DNA of 64,000 nt from Thermoanaerobaculia bacterium (GTDB lineage Bacteria; Acidobacteriota; Thermoanaerobaculia; UBA5066): positions 256,001 through 320,000 of the forward strand of contig JBBRRY010000001.1 in assembly GCA_038245905.1 (NCBI GenBank), given 5' to 3'. Of this stretch, positions 20,590 through 32,381 are shown in pieces. The notes under the pieces are model-generated. The model was given only the letters and a program-made list of their open reading frames with translations, did not search any database and was not told the origin of the DNA. Position 1 is the first letter of the stretch; the number at the start of each line of letters is the position of its first letter. The position numbers and the translations under genes were made by a program.

Positions 20590-21870
20590 CTACGAAACGA
20601 GCCCGAGCTCCCGCCCGACCTTGTGGAACGCCTCGACCGCGCGCGTGAGGTGCGCGCGCGTGTGCGTCGCCATGTAAGACGTGCGAATGAGGGCGCGCCC
20701 GGGAGGCGAGGCCGGGCTCACGACGGCGTTCACGAAGACGCCTTCGTCCTCGAGCCGCTTCGCCATCTTGAATGCGACCATGTCGGGGCCGACGACGACC
20801 GGGATGACCGGCGTCGAGGACTCGCCGCAGTTGAATCCGATCGCGCGGAGCGCGGTCAACATGAACCGCGTGTTCTCCCACAGGCGCGCGCGGCGCTCGG
20901 GCTCGGCCTCGATGATGTCGATCGCCGCCAGGACCGCGGCGACGGACGCCGGCGGCGGCGCCGCCGTGAACATGAGCGAGCGGGCCCGGTGCTTGACGAA
21001 CTTGATGACGTCCGGTTCGCCCACGACGAATCCGCCCACGGTCGCGAGCGACTTCGAGAACGTACCCATGATCAGGTCGACCCTGTCCTCGATGCCGAAG
21101 TGCTCGGCGGTCCCGCGTCCGTGCTTGCCGAGGACGCCGACTCCGTGCGCGTCGTCCACCATGAACGCCATGTCGTAGTCGTCGCAGATGCGGACGTAGT
21201 CGGGGAGAGGTGCGATGTCGCCCTCCATCGAGAAGACGCCGTCCACGACGAGCATGCGGCCGGACCGGTCGGCGCTCAAAGCAAGGAGGCGCCGCAGGTC
21301 GGCCGGGTCGTTGTGCTTGAACTTCTTGACGTCCGCGCCGACGGCGAGGCGCGCCCCGTCGTAGATGCAGGCGTGGTCCTGCCGGTCGAGGTAGATCGCG
21401 TCGCCCTTCCCCGCAATGGAGGAGATGACGCCGAGGTTCACGCCGAAGCCGGTCGAGAACGTGACGCAGGCCGGCTTCTTCATGAAGTCCGCGAGACGCT
21501 CCTCGAGCTGAACGTGGATGTCGAGCGTTCCGTTCAGGAGGCGGCTGCCGGCGCAGCCCGCGCCGTATTTCCTGACCGCCGCGATCGCGGCTTCCTTGAT
21601 CTTCGGGTGGGAGGTCAGGCCGAGATAGTTGTTCGACCCGAGCATGACCATCTCGCGGCCGCCCATGATGACGACGGGATCCTGCCCGGACTCGATCGTG
21701 CGGAAAAAGGTCCAGACGCCCGCGGCCTTGAGGTCGTCCGGGGCCGTATAAGTTCGACACTTTTCGAAGATTGAGCGAGTTCCGGTGGCAGGGGACTCTA
21801 CGCGCGATCTCGCAGACATCGCTTCACCGTCTGCAGCGGCAGGCCGCCGCGCTACTCGAGGCTCTGTCAT
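20590..21870 (-). CDS. spt: PLP-dependent alpha-oxoamine synthase, probable serine palmitoyltransferase
   Basis: GSNNYLGL, GSRLLNGT, DGVFSMEGD, DDAHG, GTFSKSLA (PLP Lys); context with SDR and bCerS-like genes; BioF/Kbl not excluded. Confidence 0.7.
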   Translation of the reverse strand: MTEPRVARRPAAADGEAMSARSRVESPATGTRSIFEKCRTYTAPDDLKAAGVWTFFRTIESGQDPVVIMGGREMVMLGSNNYLGLTSHPKIKEAAIAAVRKYGAGCAGSRLLNGTLDIHVQLEERLADFMKKPACVTFSTGFGVNLGVISSIAGKGDAIYLDRQDHACIYDGARLAVGADVKKFKHNDPADLRRLLALSADRSGRMLVVDGVFSMEGDIAPLPDYVRICDDYDMAFMVDDAHGVGVLGKHGRGTAEHFGIEDRVDLIMGTFSKSLATVGGFVVGEPDVIKFVKHRARSLMFTAAPPPASVAAVLAAIDIIEAEPERRARLWENTRFMLTALRAIGFNCGESSTPVIPVVVGPDMVAFKMAKRLEDEGVFVNAVVSPASPPGRALIRTSYMATHTRAHLTRAVEAFHKVGRELGLVS

Positions 21871-22886
21871 CTGGTCTCCCCTGCCCGGATTTTACCACCC
21901 CGGTCCGCGATCCAACCTCGCTCGAGATACCAGTCCCACGTCATCCGTGCGCCGCTGCGAAAGTCGGTGCGAAATGGCTGCCCGAGAGCAACTTGCGTGT
22001 CCGTGACGTCGCAGAGCCACGCTCTCTGCAGCATCTCGTCCGCCTTCTCGGAATTGAAGACAGGCGCTCCCTTCCCGAACCTCGAGAGCGCTCCCACGAT
22101 GTGACCTGCGGCACGGATCAGAGCCTCCGGAAGGGGCAGGCGGAGGGGCCTGCGGGAGGGCAGCCCGGCCAAGGTCTCCGCGATCGCGGCGTAGTCCAGG
22201 ACCTCGGGGTGGGCGACATAGAAGGTCTCCCCCCGCGGGCCGCGTTCGAGAGCTCCCTTCACGGCCGCCGCCGCGTCCGGCCCATAGACCATGTGGATGC
22301 GGGGACGGCCTCCGGCGAGGACCGGCACGACGCCCTTCGACGCCGCGACGAAGAGGTCGCGGATCGCGGTCTCGCGGGGGCCGTAGACGGCGCACGGGCG
22401 GAGGATCGTGAACGGCACGCCGGCGCGGCGGAGAGCCTGCTCCCCCGCGAGCTTTGAGCGCCCGTAGGAGGAGACGGGCCGGGGCTCGTCGCCCGCCTTC
22501 ACGGGGACGCCGCCGACGCTCGGCCCCCCTGCGGCCGCCGACGAGACCAGGACGACGTGCGCGCCGGGCGCGTGCGCCTTCACGGCGGCGGCGACGTTCT
22601 CCGTGCCGCCCGCGTTCGCGGCCATGTACTCAGGCTCGCTCCGCGCCGACGTCTTCCCTGCGACGTGGACCACGGCCGCGGCGCCGCGCACAAGGTCGGG
22701 CAGCGTTGCGGGGTCGCGCACGTCGCCTTTCACGAGGTCGACGCCGGTGCCCTTTAGCCACGCGACATCGTCGGGGCGCCGCACGAGGGCGCGCACGCGG
22801 AACCCGGCCGCGAGGAGCGCGTCTGCAACGTGGCTTCCCACGAAGCCCGTGCCTCCCGTCAACGCGACGAGATCGCCCTTCGACAT
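21867..22886 (-). CDS. NAD-dependent epimerase/dehydratase (extended SDR); candidate ceramide or 3-ketosphinganine reductase
   Basis: GGTGFVG, VSS, YGRSK, RPCAVYGP; stop overlaps the spt start. Confidence 0.8.
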   Translation of the reverse strand: MSKGDLVALTGGTGFVGSHVADALLAAGFRVRALVRRPDDVAWLKGTGVDLVKGDVRDPATLPDLVRGAAAVVHVAGKTSARSEPEYMAANAGGTENVAAAVKAHAPGAHVVLVSSAAAGGPSVGGVPVKAGDEPRPVSSYGRSKLAGEQALRRAGVPFTILRPCAVYGPRETAIRDLFVAASKGVVPVLAGGRPRIHMVYGPDAAAAVKGALERGPRGETFYVAHPEVLDYAAIAETLAGLPSRRPLRLPLPEALIRAAGHIVGALSRFGKGAPVFNSEKADEMLQRAWLCDVTDTQVALGQPFRTDFRSGARMTWDWYLERGWIADRGGKIRAGETR

Positions 22887-22924
22887 CGCGCGACTCTATC
22901 GCAGGGCTAGAATCCGCCGCGAAC

Positions 22925-25003
22925 ATGAAGCAGCTGGTTCTCGCAGCAACCGCGTCGCTCGTGCTCGGTTTCCCCGCCGCCGCGCTCGAGGGGCCGCGGA
23001 AGATCGTCGATTACGACATCGCCGTGTCTTTCGATCCGGAGACGAAGCTGGTCGAGGGATCCGAAACGCTGAAGTGGACGAACCCGGGAGACGTCCCCGT
23101 CGGCGAGCTGAGGTTTCACACTTACTGGAACGCCTTCCGCAACGACCGCTCGACGTTCTTCAAGGAGTCGGGCGGGCAGCTGCGCGGCGACAAGGCCGAC
23201 ACGGGCAAGGGCTGGGGCTACACGAACGTGACCTCGATGAAATGGGACGGCGCCGAGCTCGTGAAGGGTGCGCGCTTCGAGAGCCCCGACGACGGCAACC
23301 CGGACGACCGGACGGTCCTCGTCGTCCCGCTCCCCCGTCCCGTCGCGCCGGGCGAGACGGCTACGCTCGCGATCACGTGGAAGGCAAAGGTCCCGAGGGT
23401 CTACGCGCGCGCGGGCTACGTCCGCGACTTCTTCTTCTTCGGCCAGTGGTTTCCGCAGATCGGCGTGTACGAGCCGAAGGGCCGCCGCCGGAATTCCGAC
23501 GCGGGCTGGAACTGCCACCAGTACCACGCGAATTCTGAGTTCTACGCGGACTGGGGCGACTGGCGGGTCGCGATCACGCTCCCGGAGAAGTTCGTCGTCG
23601 GCTCCGCGGGCGCCCTCGTGGACACGGAACGTACGGGTGGAAAGAAGACGCTCACGTACGCACAGAGGTCCATCCACAACTTCGCCTTCACGGCCGACCC
23701 GCGGTACGTCCTCGTCGAAGACGTCTTCGACCCCGCGAAGGACATCCCGAAAGACGAGATCGCGCGCGCCGCGAAGACACTCGGGCGCTCCGAGTCCGAC
23801 CTCCTCTCCGGCTTCCACAAGGTCGGGATCCGGCTGTACCTCCAGCCCGACCATCACGCGTTCGACCGGCGGCACATCGAAGCGCAGAAGTGGGCGCTCG
23901 CGTGGACAGGCCTCTGGGCATTCCCTTACCCCTACGCGCAGATCTCCATCGTCGACACTCCCGAGGACGGGCTGGGCGCGACCGGCATGGAGTACGAGAC
24001 GATCTTCACGACCCTCTCGCTCAAGTGGATGGAGCGCTGGCCGTTCAACCGGATTTTCGTCCCCGAGATGGTGACGATCCACGAGTTCACGCACGGTTAC
24101 TGGATGGGCCTCCTCGCCTCCAACGAGTTCGAGGAGAGCTGGATGGACGAGGGGATCAACACCTTCACGGAGTCCGTGATGGTGGACCGCAAGTACGGCA
24201 CGTATATGAGCGTTCCGCCCGGCATCGGGTTCAAGAACGAGGAGATGAACCGCGCCCAGGCTGCCCTCACGCAGGACCACGACCCGATCCTCTCGACGGC
24301 GTGGAAATACGTGAGCGAGAATTCCTACGGCCGCAACTCCTACCCGCAGCCGGGCACGACGATCCAGCAGATCCGCAACCTCCTCGGCGAGGAGGCGTTC
24401 TGGAAGGCCTTCCGAGACTACGCGGAACGCTGGCGCTTCGACCATCCAACATCCGAGGACTTCCTCGACGCGATGCGTGCGTCGGGTAATCCGCACGTCG
24501 CCGCGCTGATCCAGAAGACGTGGTATGGCCGCGGCTGGATCGACTTCTCGATCCTGAAAGCCGAAACGGAGAAGGACGACGGCTTCACGGGCTTCGACGA
24601 CGCAGGCAAGCCCGTCAACTTCGACCCCGATCCAAGGAAAAAGAAGAAACCGAAAGAGAAGGACGACAGGGAAAAGAAGGGACCCTGGGAATCGCTGGTC
24701 GTGGTCTGCCGCGACGGCGACATCGAGATGCCCGCGAACGTCGTCCTCACGTTCAAGGACGAGACGACCGTGACACGGACGTGGGACGGCGCTGGCGGCT
24801 GGATCAAGTACCACGTGACGTCGTCCTCGCCGCTCGTGAAGGCCGAGGTGGACCCGGAGCGCCGGACCGTCCTCGACCGCAACCCCTGGAACAACGCCCG
24901 GTACACGAAGAAGTACGAGGGGCCGTCGGCCGCCGCCAAGGGCCGCACCTACGCCCTGCATCTCGTGGAGATCCTCCTCTCCACCCTGTGGGGTGTCCTG
25001 TGA
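22925..25003 (+). CDS. Secreted M1 family (gluzincin) metallopeptidase
   Basis: Signal peptide, GMEY, HEFTH...MDEG. Confidence 0.9.
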   Translation: MKQLVLAATASLVLGFPAAALEGPRKIVDYDIAVSFDPETKLVEGSETLKWTNPGDVPVGELRFHTYWNAFRNDRSTFFKESGGQLRGDKADTGKGWGYTNVTSMKWDGAELVKGARFESPDDGNPDDRTVLVVPLPRPVAPGETATLAITWKAKVPRVYARAGYVRDFFFFGQWFPQIGVYEPKGRRRNSDAGWNCHQYHANSEFYADWGDWRVAITLPEKFVVGSAGALVDTERTGGKKTLTYAQRSIHNFAFTADPRYVLVEDVFDPAKDIPKDEIARAAKTLGRSESDLLSGFHKVGIRLYLQPDHHAFDRRHIEAQKWALAWTGLWAFPYPYAQISIVDTPEDGLGATGMEYETIFTTLSLKWMERWPFNRIFVPEMVTIHEFTHGYWMGLLASNEFEESWMDEGINTFTESVMVDRKYGTYMSVPPGIGFKNEEMNRAQAALTQDHDPILSTAWKYVSENSYGRNSYPQPGTTIQQIRNLLGEEAFWKAFRDYAERWRFDHPTSEDFLDAMRASGNPHVAALIQKTWYGRGWIDFSILKAETEKDDGFTGFDDAGKPVNFDPDPRKKKKPKEKDDREKKGPWESLVVVCRDGDIEMPANVVLTFKDETTVTRTWDGAGGWIKYHVTSSSPLVKAEVDPERRTVLDRNPWNNARYTKKYEGPSAAAKGRTYALHLVEILLSTLWGVL

Positions 25004-25998
25004 GCGCGACCGTGAGCGGCCTCTCCGCGGCCCTTCGGCACCGGCGCCTCGCCGGCGTTCTCTGGCTTTCGCTCTTCGCGTCCGCGCTCGTCACGTGGTT
25101 CCCCATGAAGTCTCTCTTTGCGGTCTTCGACGAAGGCGCGTTCCGCGAAGTGTTGATGAAGGGCTGGGACGGCTGGGCGATGCTCTCCTGGATGACCGCG
25201 GAGAGCCGGAGCCTCGCGATTGCCACTGCCTCCGTCACGGGCACATTGCTCGTTTTCGCTCTCTTGCAGATTTTCCTGACCGGCGGCGTCCTCCGCGTCC
25301 TCGTCGACGGGAAGCCCCGGCCGGTGTTCGCGAGAGTCATCGCCGAGTCGGCATCGCTTTTCAAGGCGAACCTGTGGGCCGCCGCGCGCTTCCTGCTCGC
25401 CGCGTCCATCTGGGGTGGCCTCTTCGTCGCGGCTCCCGTCGCGCTCCTCAAGAAGCTCGCCAGGGACGCGCCGCCGCACACGCTCCTTCCCGACCTCGCG
25501 TTCTGGTGGGGAATCGTCGCCGGAGCGATCGTTCTCCTGAACGTCGGCCTCCGGTACGACCTCGCGCGCATCGCTCTCGCCCGGGGAGACGCGCGAAACG
25601 CCCGCGGCGCCTACCGCGTCGCGAAGCAGCGTCTCGCCGGGCGGCGCGCCTCCGGAATCAGGGTCCTCCTCGTCTGGCTCGCCTTCGGCGCCGCCATGCA
25701 GGCGGTCTTCACGAGCGCCGGCCTCCGAATGAATCCCCACACGAACGGCGCGGTCGCCGGACTGTTCGTGTTCCGGCAGGCGGGGTTCTACCTCCTCGCG
25801 ATGGTGCGCGTCGGCTTCTGGGCGGCTCTCCTCGTCTGGGAGGAGCGCCGGCGTCCGGCCTACTCCGTGATCGGAAGCGCGAGCGGCGGCGCGACGTGGA
25901 AATTGAGCGAACCGATCGCGACGAGCGCGGCCGCGAGCGCCCGGCCCGAAACCGGCTCGAGCGTCACGACGAACGGCAGCGCGCTCTTGTCCTCGTAG
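25000..25998 (+). CDS. Hypothetical multi-pass membrane protein
   Basis: GTGA coupling to the M1 peptidase; about 6 hydrophobic segments; 3' end overlaps hom. Confidence 0.7.
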   Translation: MSATVSGLSAALRHRRLAGVLWLSLFASALVTWFPMKSLFAVFDEGAFREVLMKGWDGWAMLSWMTAESRSLAIATASVTGTLLVFALLQIFLTGGVLRVLVDGKPRPVFARVIAESASLFKANLWAAARFLLAASIWGGLFVAAPVALLKKLARDAPPHTLLPDLAFWWGIVAGAIVLLNVGLRYDLARIALARGDARNARGAYRVAKQRLAGRRASGIRVLLVWLAFGAAMQAVFTSAGLRMNPHTNGAVAGLFVFRQAGFYLLAMVRVGFWAALLVWEERRRPAYSVIGSASGGATWKLSEPIATSAAASARPETGSSVTTNGSALLSS

Positions 25999-27170
25999 GG
26001 AGCCTGAAATACGGCGTCGATGTTGATGCCGTTTTCCGCGAGGATCCGCGCGAGGTCGGCGAGGATTCCAGGGCGGTCGCTCACGATGAACCTCAGGTAA
26101 AAGGGCGACACGAATTCTCCGGGCGCCGCGGCCGTGCACGGCTCGAGGGACGCAAAGCCGAGCGGCGGGGCGCCATGGGCTCCCGGCACGCCGCCCCGTG
26201 CGATCTCCACGACGTCCGCGAGGACGGCCGTGGCCGTCGGATCGCCGCCCGCGCCGCGCCCCGAGAAGACGAAGGAGCCGCCGCTTTCGCCCCGGACCTC
26301 GACCGCGTTGAAGGGTCCGGTCACCTTCGCGAGGAGCGACGTCTCGGAGACGAAATGCGTCCTCACCGAGAGGAGGAGATGGCCGCTCGGGACCACGCGT
26401 GCCACCGCGAGCTGGCGCGGGGTACGCCCGAGCCTTTTCGCGTAAACGAAATCGCACGGCAGGAGGCGCATGATGCCCTCCCGCGCGATCTGGTCGACGG
26501 TGACGTCGCGCCCGAACGCAAGACGCGCGAGGAGCGCGAGCTTGTACGCGGCGTCCTCACCTTCGACGTCGCTCGCGGGATCAGCCTCCGCGTATCCGAG
26601 CCGCTGGGCCTCGGCAAGGACTTCGGCGTACGGGCGGCCCGTCGCCTCCATCTCCGTCAGGATGAAGTTGCAGGTGCCGTTCAGAATTCCAGAAACGGCC
26701 GTGACCCGGTCGCCCGTGAAGCTCGAACGCAGCGCCCTGAGGATCGGAATCCCCCCCGCCACCGCCGCCTCGATGCCGAGTCCCGCACCCTTCTCACGCG
26801 CGAGATCCTGGAGAGCGGTTCCGTGGCGCGCGAGGAGCATCTTGTTCGCCGTCACGACGCTCTTCCCGGCGCCGAGCGCCGCCCGGATGAGGCCGTTCGC
26901 CGGCTCGATTCCGCCGAGAAGCTCCACGACGAGGTCCACATCGGGAGCCGTCGCGACCGACGCGAGGTCCGTGGTCCAGCGGATGTCCCCGAGGTCCGCG
27001 TCGCGCATCTCCTCGGCCCGGCGTGTCCCGATCGCTGCGATCTTCAGTCTCACGGCGCGCCGGAGCGCGAGATCGGGCGCCTCGCGCACGAGGAGCTTCG
27101 CGAACGCACGTCCCACGGTCCCGAAACCGATCAGGCCGACGCGGACGATCGAGGCAGGATCGCTCTTCAT
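25860..27170 (-). CDS. hom: Homoserine dehydrogenase with ACT domain
   Basis: GFGTVG, VVTANK, EAAVAGGIP, GILNGTCNFIL, GYAEADP, GAGGDPTA, DRPGILA. Confidence 0.95.
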   Translation of the reverse strand: MKSDPASIVRVGLIGFGTVGRAFAKLLVREAPDLALRRAVRLKIAAIGTRRAEEMRDADLGDIRWTTDLASVATAPDVDLVVELLGGIEPANGLIRAALGAGKSVVTANKMLLARHGTALQDLAREKGAGLGIEAAVAGGIPILRALRSSFTGDRVTAVSGILNGTCNFILTEMEATGRPYAEVLAEAQRLGYAEADPASDVEGEDAAYKLALLARLAFGRDVTVDQIAREGIMRLLPCDFVYAKRLGRTPRQLAVARVVPSGHLLLSVRTHFVSETSLLAKVTGPFNAVEVRGESGGSFVFSGRGAGGDPTATAVLADVVEIARGGVPGAHGAPPLGFASLEPCTAAAPGEFVSPFYLRFIVSDRPGILADLARILAENGINIDAVFQAPYEDKSALPFVVTLEPVSGRALAAALVAIGSLNFHVAPPLALPITE

Positions 27171-27292
27171 CGGCGCGCAATCTACGGTAAGCGCCCGTCC
27201 CGGTCAAAGACCAGAGCGAGCTGCGCGCAGCCCTGAAGGCTCCGGGAACCGAATCTCCGCACACGGGTCCAAACGTGCGAAAGGAGATTCTC

Positions 27293-28150
27293 ATGCGCCA
27301 CCAGGTTCTCACCGCCCTGCTCCTCGCCGCCGGGGCCGCAAACGCCGCCTCTCCATCGGGTTTCGGTCTCGATGTTCTCGTGAACGGGAGCCCCCGCCCC
27401 GAATTCGCCGCGCGGGGCACCGTCTACGTGGAGGCGCTGAAGGGGCACGACTTCTCGCTGAGGGTCACGAACCCCCTCGGAGTCCGGGTGGCCGTCGCGC
27501 TCTCCGTGGACGGCCTCAACACGATCGACGCGAAGCACACGTCCGCGATTGACGCCCGCAAGTGGGTCCTCGACCCGTACCAGACGGTCGTGATTCCCGG
27601 CTGGCAGGTCTCCGGCGAGACGAGCCGGAAGTTCTTCTTCACGGGCGAAAAGGGCTCGTACGGTGCGAAGCTGGGCGAGACGTCGAATCTCGGGGCGATC
27701 GAGGCGGTGTTCTTTCGGGAGAGGCTCCCGTACAGGGCTCAGCGGCCGTGGAGCGGGGGAAAAGAGGAAGACAAGATTTCTTCGAATGAAAGAGGAAAAG
27801 GCGCCGGACGACTCGACGAGCCTCGGGTCGAGGCGGCCGCCGGCGCGGCGCAGCTTCCCGCCCCGAGCGAGAGCGTCGCCCGCGACCATTCAAAGAAATC
27901 CTCTTCTCCCCCCCCCTCTTCTCTCGCCGACGAGATGGCCGCCACCGGCATCGGCAGCCGGACGCGCTTTGACGTCACGCGCGTCAACCTCGACCTCGAG
28001 GATTCGCCGGCCGCGTCCGTGCGCCTTCGTTACGAGTTCCGGCCGCAGCTCGTCGCGCTGGGCGTCCTGCCCAGCGACCCGGATCCCGCCCGGATCGCCC
28101 GCCGCGAGCGTGCCCGCGGCTTCGAGGACTTCTGCCCCGAACCCCGCTGA
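27293..28150 (+). CDS. Secreted hypothetical protein
   Basis: AAGGAG SD, signal peptide, globular segments (VALSVDGLNTID, IPGWQ) flanking a low-complexity linker. Confidence 0.75.
   Translation: MRHQVLTALLLAAGAANAASPSGFGLDVLVNGSPRPEFAARGTVYVEALKGHDFSLRVTNPLGVRVAVALSVDGLNTIDAKHTSAIDARKWVLDPYQTVVIPGWQVSGETSRKFFFTGEKGSYGAKLGETSNLGAIEAVFFRERLPYRAQRPWSGGKEEDKISSNERGKGAGRLDEPRVEAAAGAAQLPAPSESVARDHSKKSSSPPPSSLADEMAATGIGSRTRFDVTRVNLDLEDSPAASVRLRYEFRPQLVALGVLPSDPDPARIARRERARGFEDFCPEPR
27775..27900. repeat. Dispersed motif cluster C (divergent pair)
   Basis: TCATTCGAAGAAATC(-) 27775-27789 and CCATTCAAAGAAATC(+) 27886-27900, with purine/pyrimidine tracts. Confidence 0.8.
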
Positions 28151-28166
28151 GCCCCGAAACTCTCCC

Positions 28167-28216
28167 GGCTCTCCTTCGTATGCGTAAAGGATAGATTCCG
28201 CTTACGAAGGAGAGCC
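28167..28216 (+). promoter_or_regulatory. 14-bp inverted repeat whose 3' arm contains the SD of the M16 peptidase gene
   Basis: GGCTCTCCTTCGTA (28167-28180) pairs with TACGAAGGAGAGCC (28203-28216). Confidence 0.6.
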
Positions 28217-28221
28217 CTCGA

Positions 28222-31071
<2,850 letters not shown>

Positions 31072-31091
31072 CACTGGCCATCCCGGCCCGC

Positions 31092-31128
31092 TTGACGGTC
31101 TTGTGGGTATGACCTAGAGTCATACCCA
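31092..31128 (+). promoter_or_regulatory. Sigma70 promoter and operator palindrome of the TA operon (leaderless)
   Basis: TTGACG-17 nt-TAGAGT, ATG 7 nt downstream; TGGGTATGAC-ctaga-GTCATACCCA 10-bp inverted repeat at 31104-31128. Confidence 0.8.
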
Positions 31129-31367
31129 TGAGGACCGCCAAGGTTGCCGTTTCCCTTCAGCAACGCACGCTGACGCGGGTTGACAGGCTCGTCCGGCGGG
31201 GCGTGTTCCCGAGCCGGAGCCGCCTCGTGCAGGACTCGGTCGAAGACAAGCTCCGCCGGATCGAGGGCGCGTCCCTCGCGCGCGAGTGCGCGAAGCTGGA
31301 GCGGCGCCTCGAGCGCGCTCTGGCCGAGGAAGGCCTCGAGCCGGTCGCCGAATGGCCGCCGTACTGA
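31128..31367 (+). CDS. Ribbon-helix-helix (CopG-like) antitoxin
   Basis: KVAVSL...VDRLV...PSRSRLVQ; overlaps the toxin start. Confidence 0.85.
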   Translation: MRTAKVAVSLQQRTLTRVDRLVRRGVFPSRSRLVQDSVEDKLRRIEGASLARECAKLERRLERALAEEGLEPVAEWPPY

Positions 31368-31690
31368 GGGGCGACATCGTGTGGGCGGACCTGAACCCGG
31401 TCCGCGGGAGCGGGCAGGCTGGAATCCGGCCGGTCCTCGTCCTGAGCGCCGACGTCTTCAACCGTCATTCCGGCACCGTCGTCGCGGCCACAATCACGAG
31501 CCAGGCGCCAAAGGCCGGCTTTCCTCTCACGCTGGCCCTCTCCGACCCGAAGCTTCCCAAGAAATCCTGGGTCAAGATCGGCCAGGTCCGGACGCTCTCG
31601 ACGGAAAGGCTCGGAAAGCGCCTTGGGCGCGCGACGGCCGACGAATTGGAGCAGGTCCTCGAGGGCCTGAACGAGATTCTCGGCGGGTGA
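31352..31690 (+). CDS. mazF: PemK/MazF family endoribonuclease toxin
   Basis: RGDIVWADLNP.RG..QAGIRPVLVLS, ITSQ, QVRTLSTERL. Confidence 0.9.
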   Translation: MAAVLRGDIVWADLNPVRGSGQAGIRPVLVLSADVFNRHSGTVVAATITSQAPKAGFPLTLALSDPKLPKKSWVKIGQVRTLSTERLGKRLGRATADELEQVLEGLNEILGG

Positions 31691-32004
31691 GCATGGCGAT
31701 CGACAACATGTACCGCCGGCGGCGGCTCGGGCCGCCGCTCGGCGTGCGCATGGCGTTGTCGGTCCCGCCGTCGGTGTTCTTCCCGGTGCTCGGGTTCCTC
31801 TACATGGCCTTCCTCGACCACCCGCGCCGCCCGCGCCCGGCGCTGCTCTATGTCTTCGCGCCGCTGACGGCGCTCAGCGCCACGAAGGACATCGGCCTCG
31901 CGGCGATGCTCGTCGTCCTCGATATGCTGCTTTGGATGGCCGCGCTCAACGCGCTCTTCACCTTGATCGTCTGGCTGTTTGAGAGACCTGATTCCAATAC
32001 CTGA
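31687..32004 (+). CDS. Small hypothetical membrane protein
   Basis: GTGA coupling to the toxin stop; 2-3 hydrophobic segments. Confidence 0.45.
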   Translation: MSMAIDNMYRRRRLGPPLGVRMALSVPPSVFFPVLGFLYMAFLDHPRRPRPALLYVFAPLTALSATKDIGLAAMLVVLDMLLWMAALNALFTLIVWLFERPDSNT

Positions 32005-32014
32005 AGGAGGATTC

Positions 32015-32329
32015 ATGTACGTCTGCCAGTGGCACCTCGACCTGAAGTACGGAACCCAGGCGGAGGCGCTCAAGGCGATGAAAGCCTGGGGCGCAGAGAA
32101 GATGCGGTCGTCGGAGTTCAAGCGCGTGAAGTCGACGCGCCTCCTCGTCGGACACGTCGGGCCATCTGCCTCGCACGTCGTGGACGAGTACGTCTTCGAG
32201 AACCTCGCCGATTTCGAGACCGCCCTCGCCGGGATGCCGCAGCCCCAGTTCAAGCCCCTCTCCGACGCCCTCGCTCCCTTCGTCGTCTCCGGCTCGCAGC
32301 ACTGGGAGATCCTGCGAATCGTCGGATGA
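32015..32329 (+). CDS. Hypothetical protein, possible dimeric alpha/beta-barrel fold
   Basis: Strong AAGGAGG SD; alternating beta/alpha pattern; typical codon usage. Confidence 0.7.
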   Translation: MYVCQWHLDLKYGTQAEALKAMKAWGAEKMRSSEFKRVKSTRLLVGHVGPSASHVVDEYVFENLADFETALAGMPQPQFKPLSDALAPFVVSGSQHWEILRIVG

Positions 32330-32381
32330 GCCTTGCCCCGGCTCCCGCCGTGGCCCATATTCGGATTGAGGCGGAGGTCCC

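Noticed and set aside
20590-21870. Annotation as bioF (8-amino-7-oxononanoate synthase)
   Set aside because: No bio genes nearby and the context favours spt; disfavoured rather than disproven.
22454-22924. Long N-terminal extensions in the ORF track (M1 peptidase, sufB, sufC, sufD, amrB, SSS, 51161 ORF)
   Set aside because: They overlap neighbouring genes; downstream starts with SD, -10 boxes or ATGA/GTGA coupling are better supported.
27775-27900. Motif pairs as terminal inverted repeats of MITEs or in-frame palindromic elements
   Set aside because: Sequences between pairs are unrelated to each other, and in sufD and the M1 peptidase they encode continuous protein; no target-site duplications or transposase seen.
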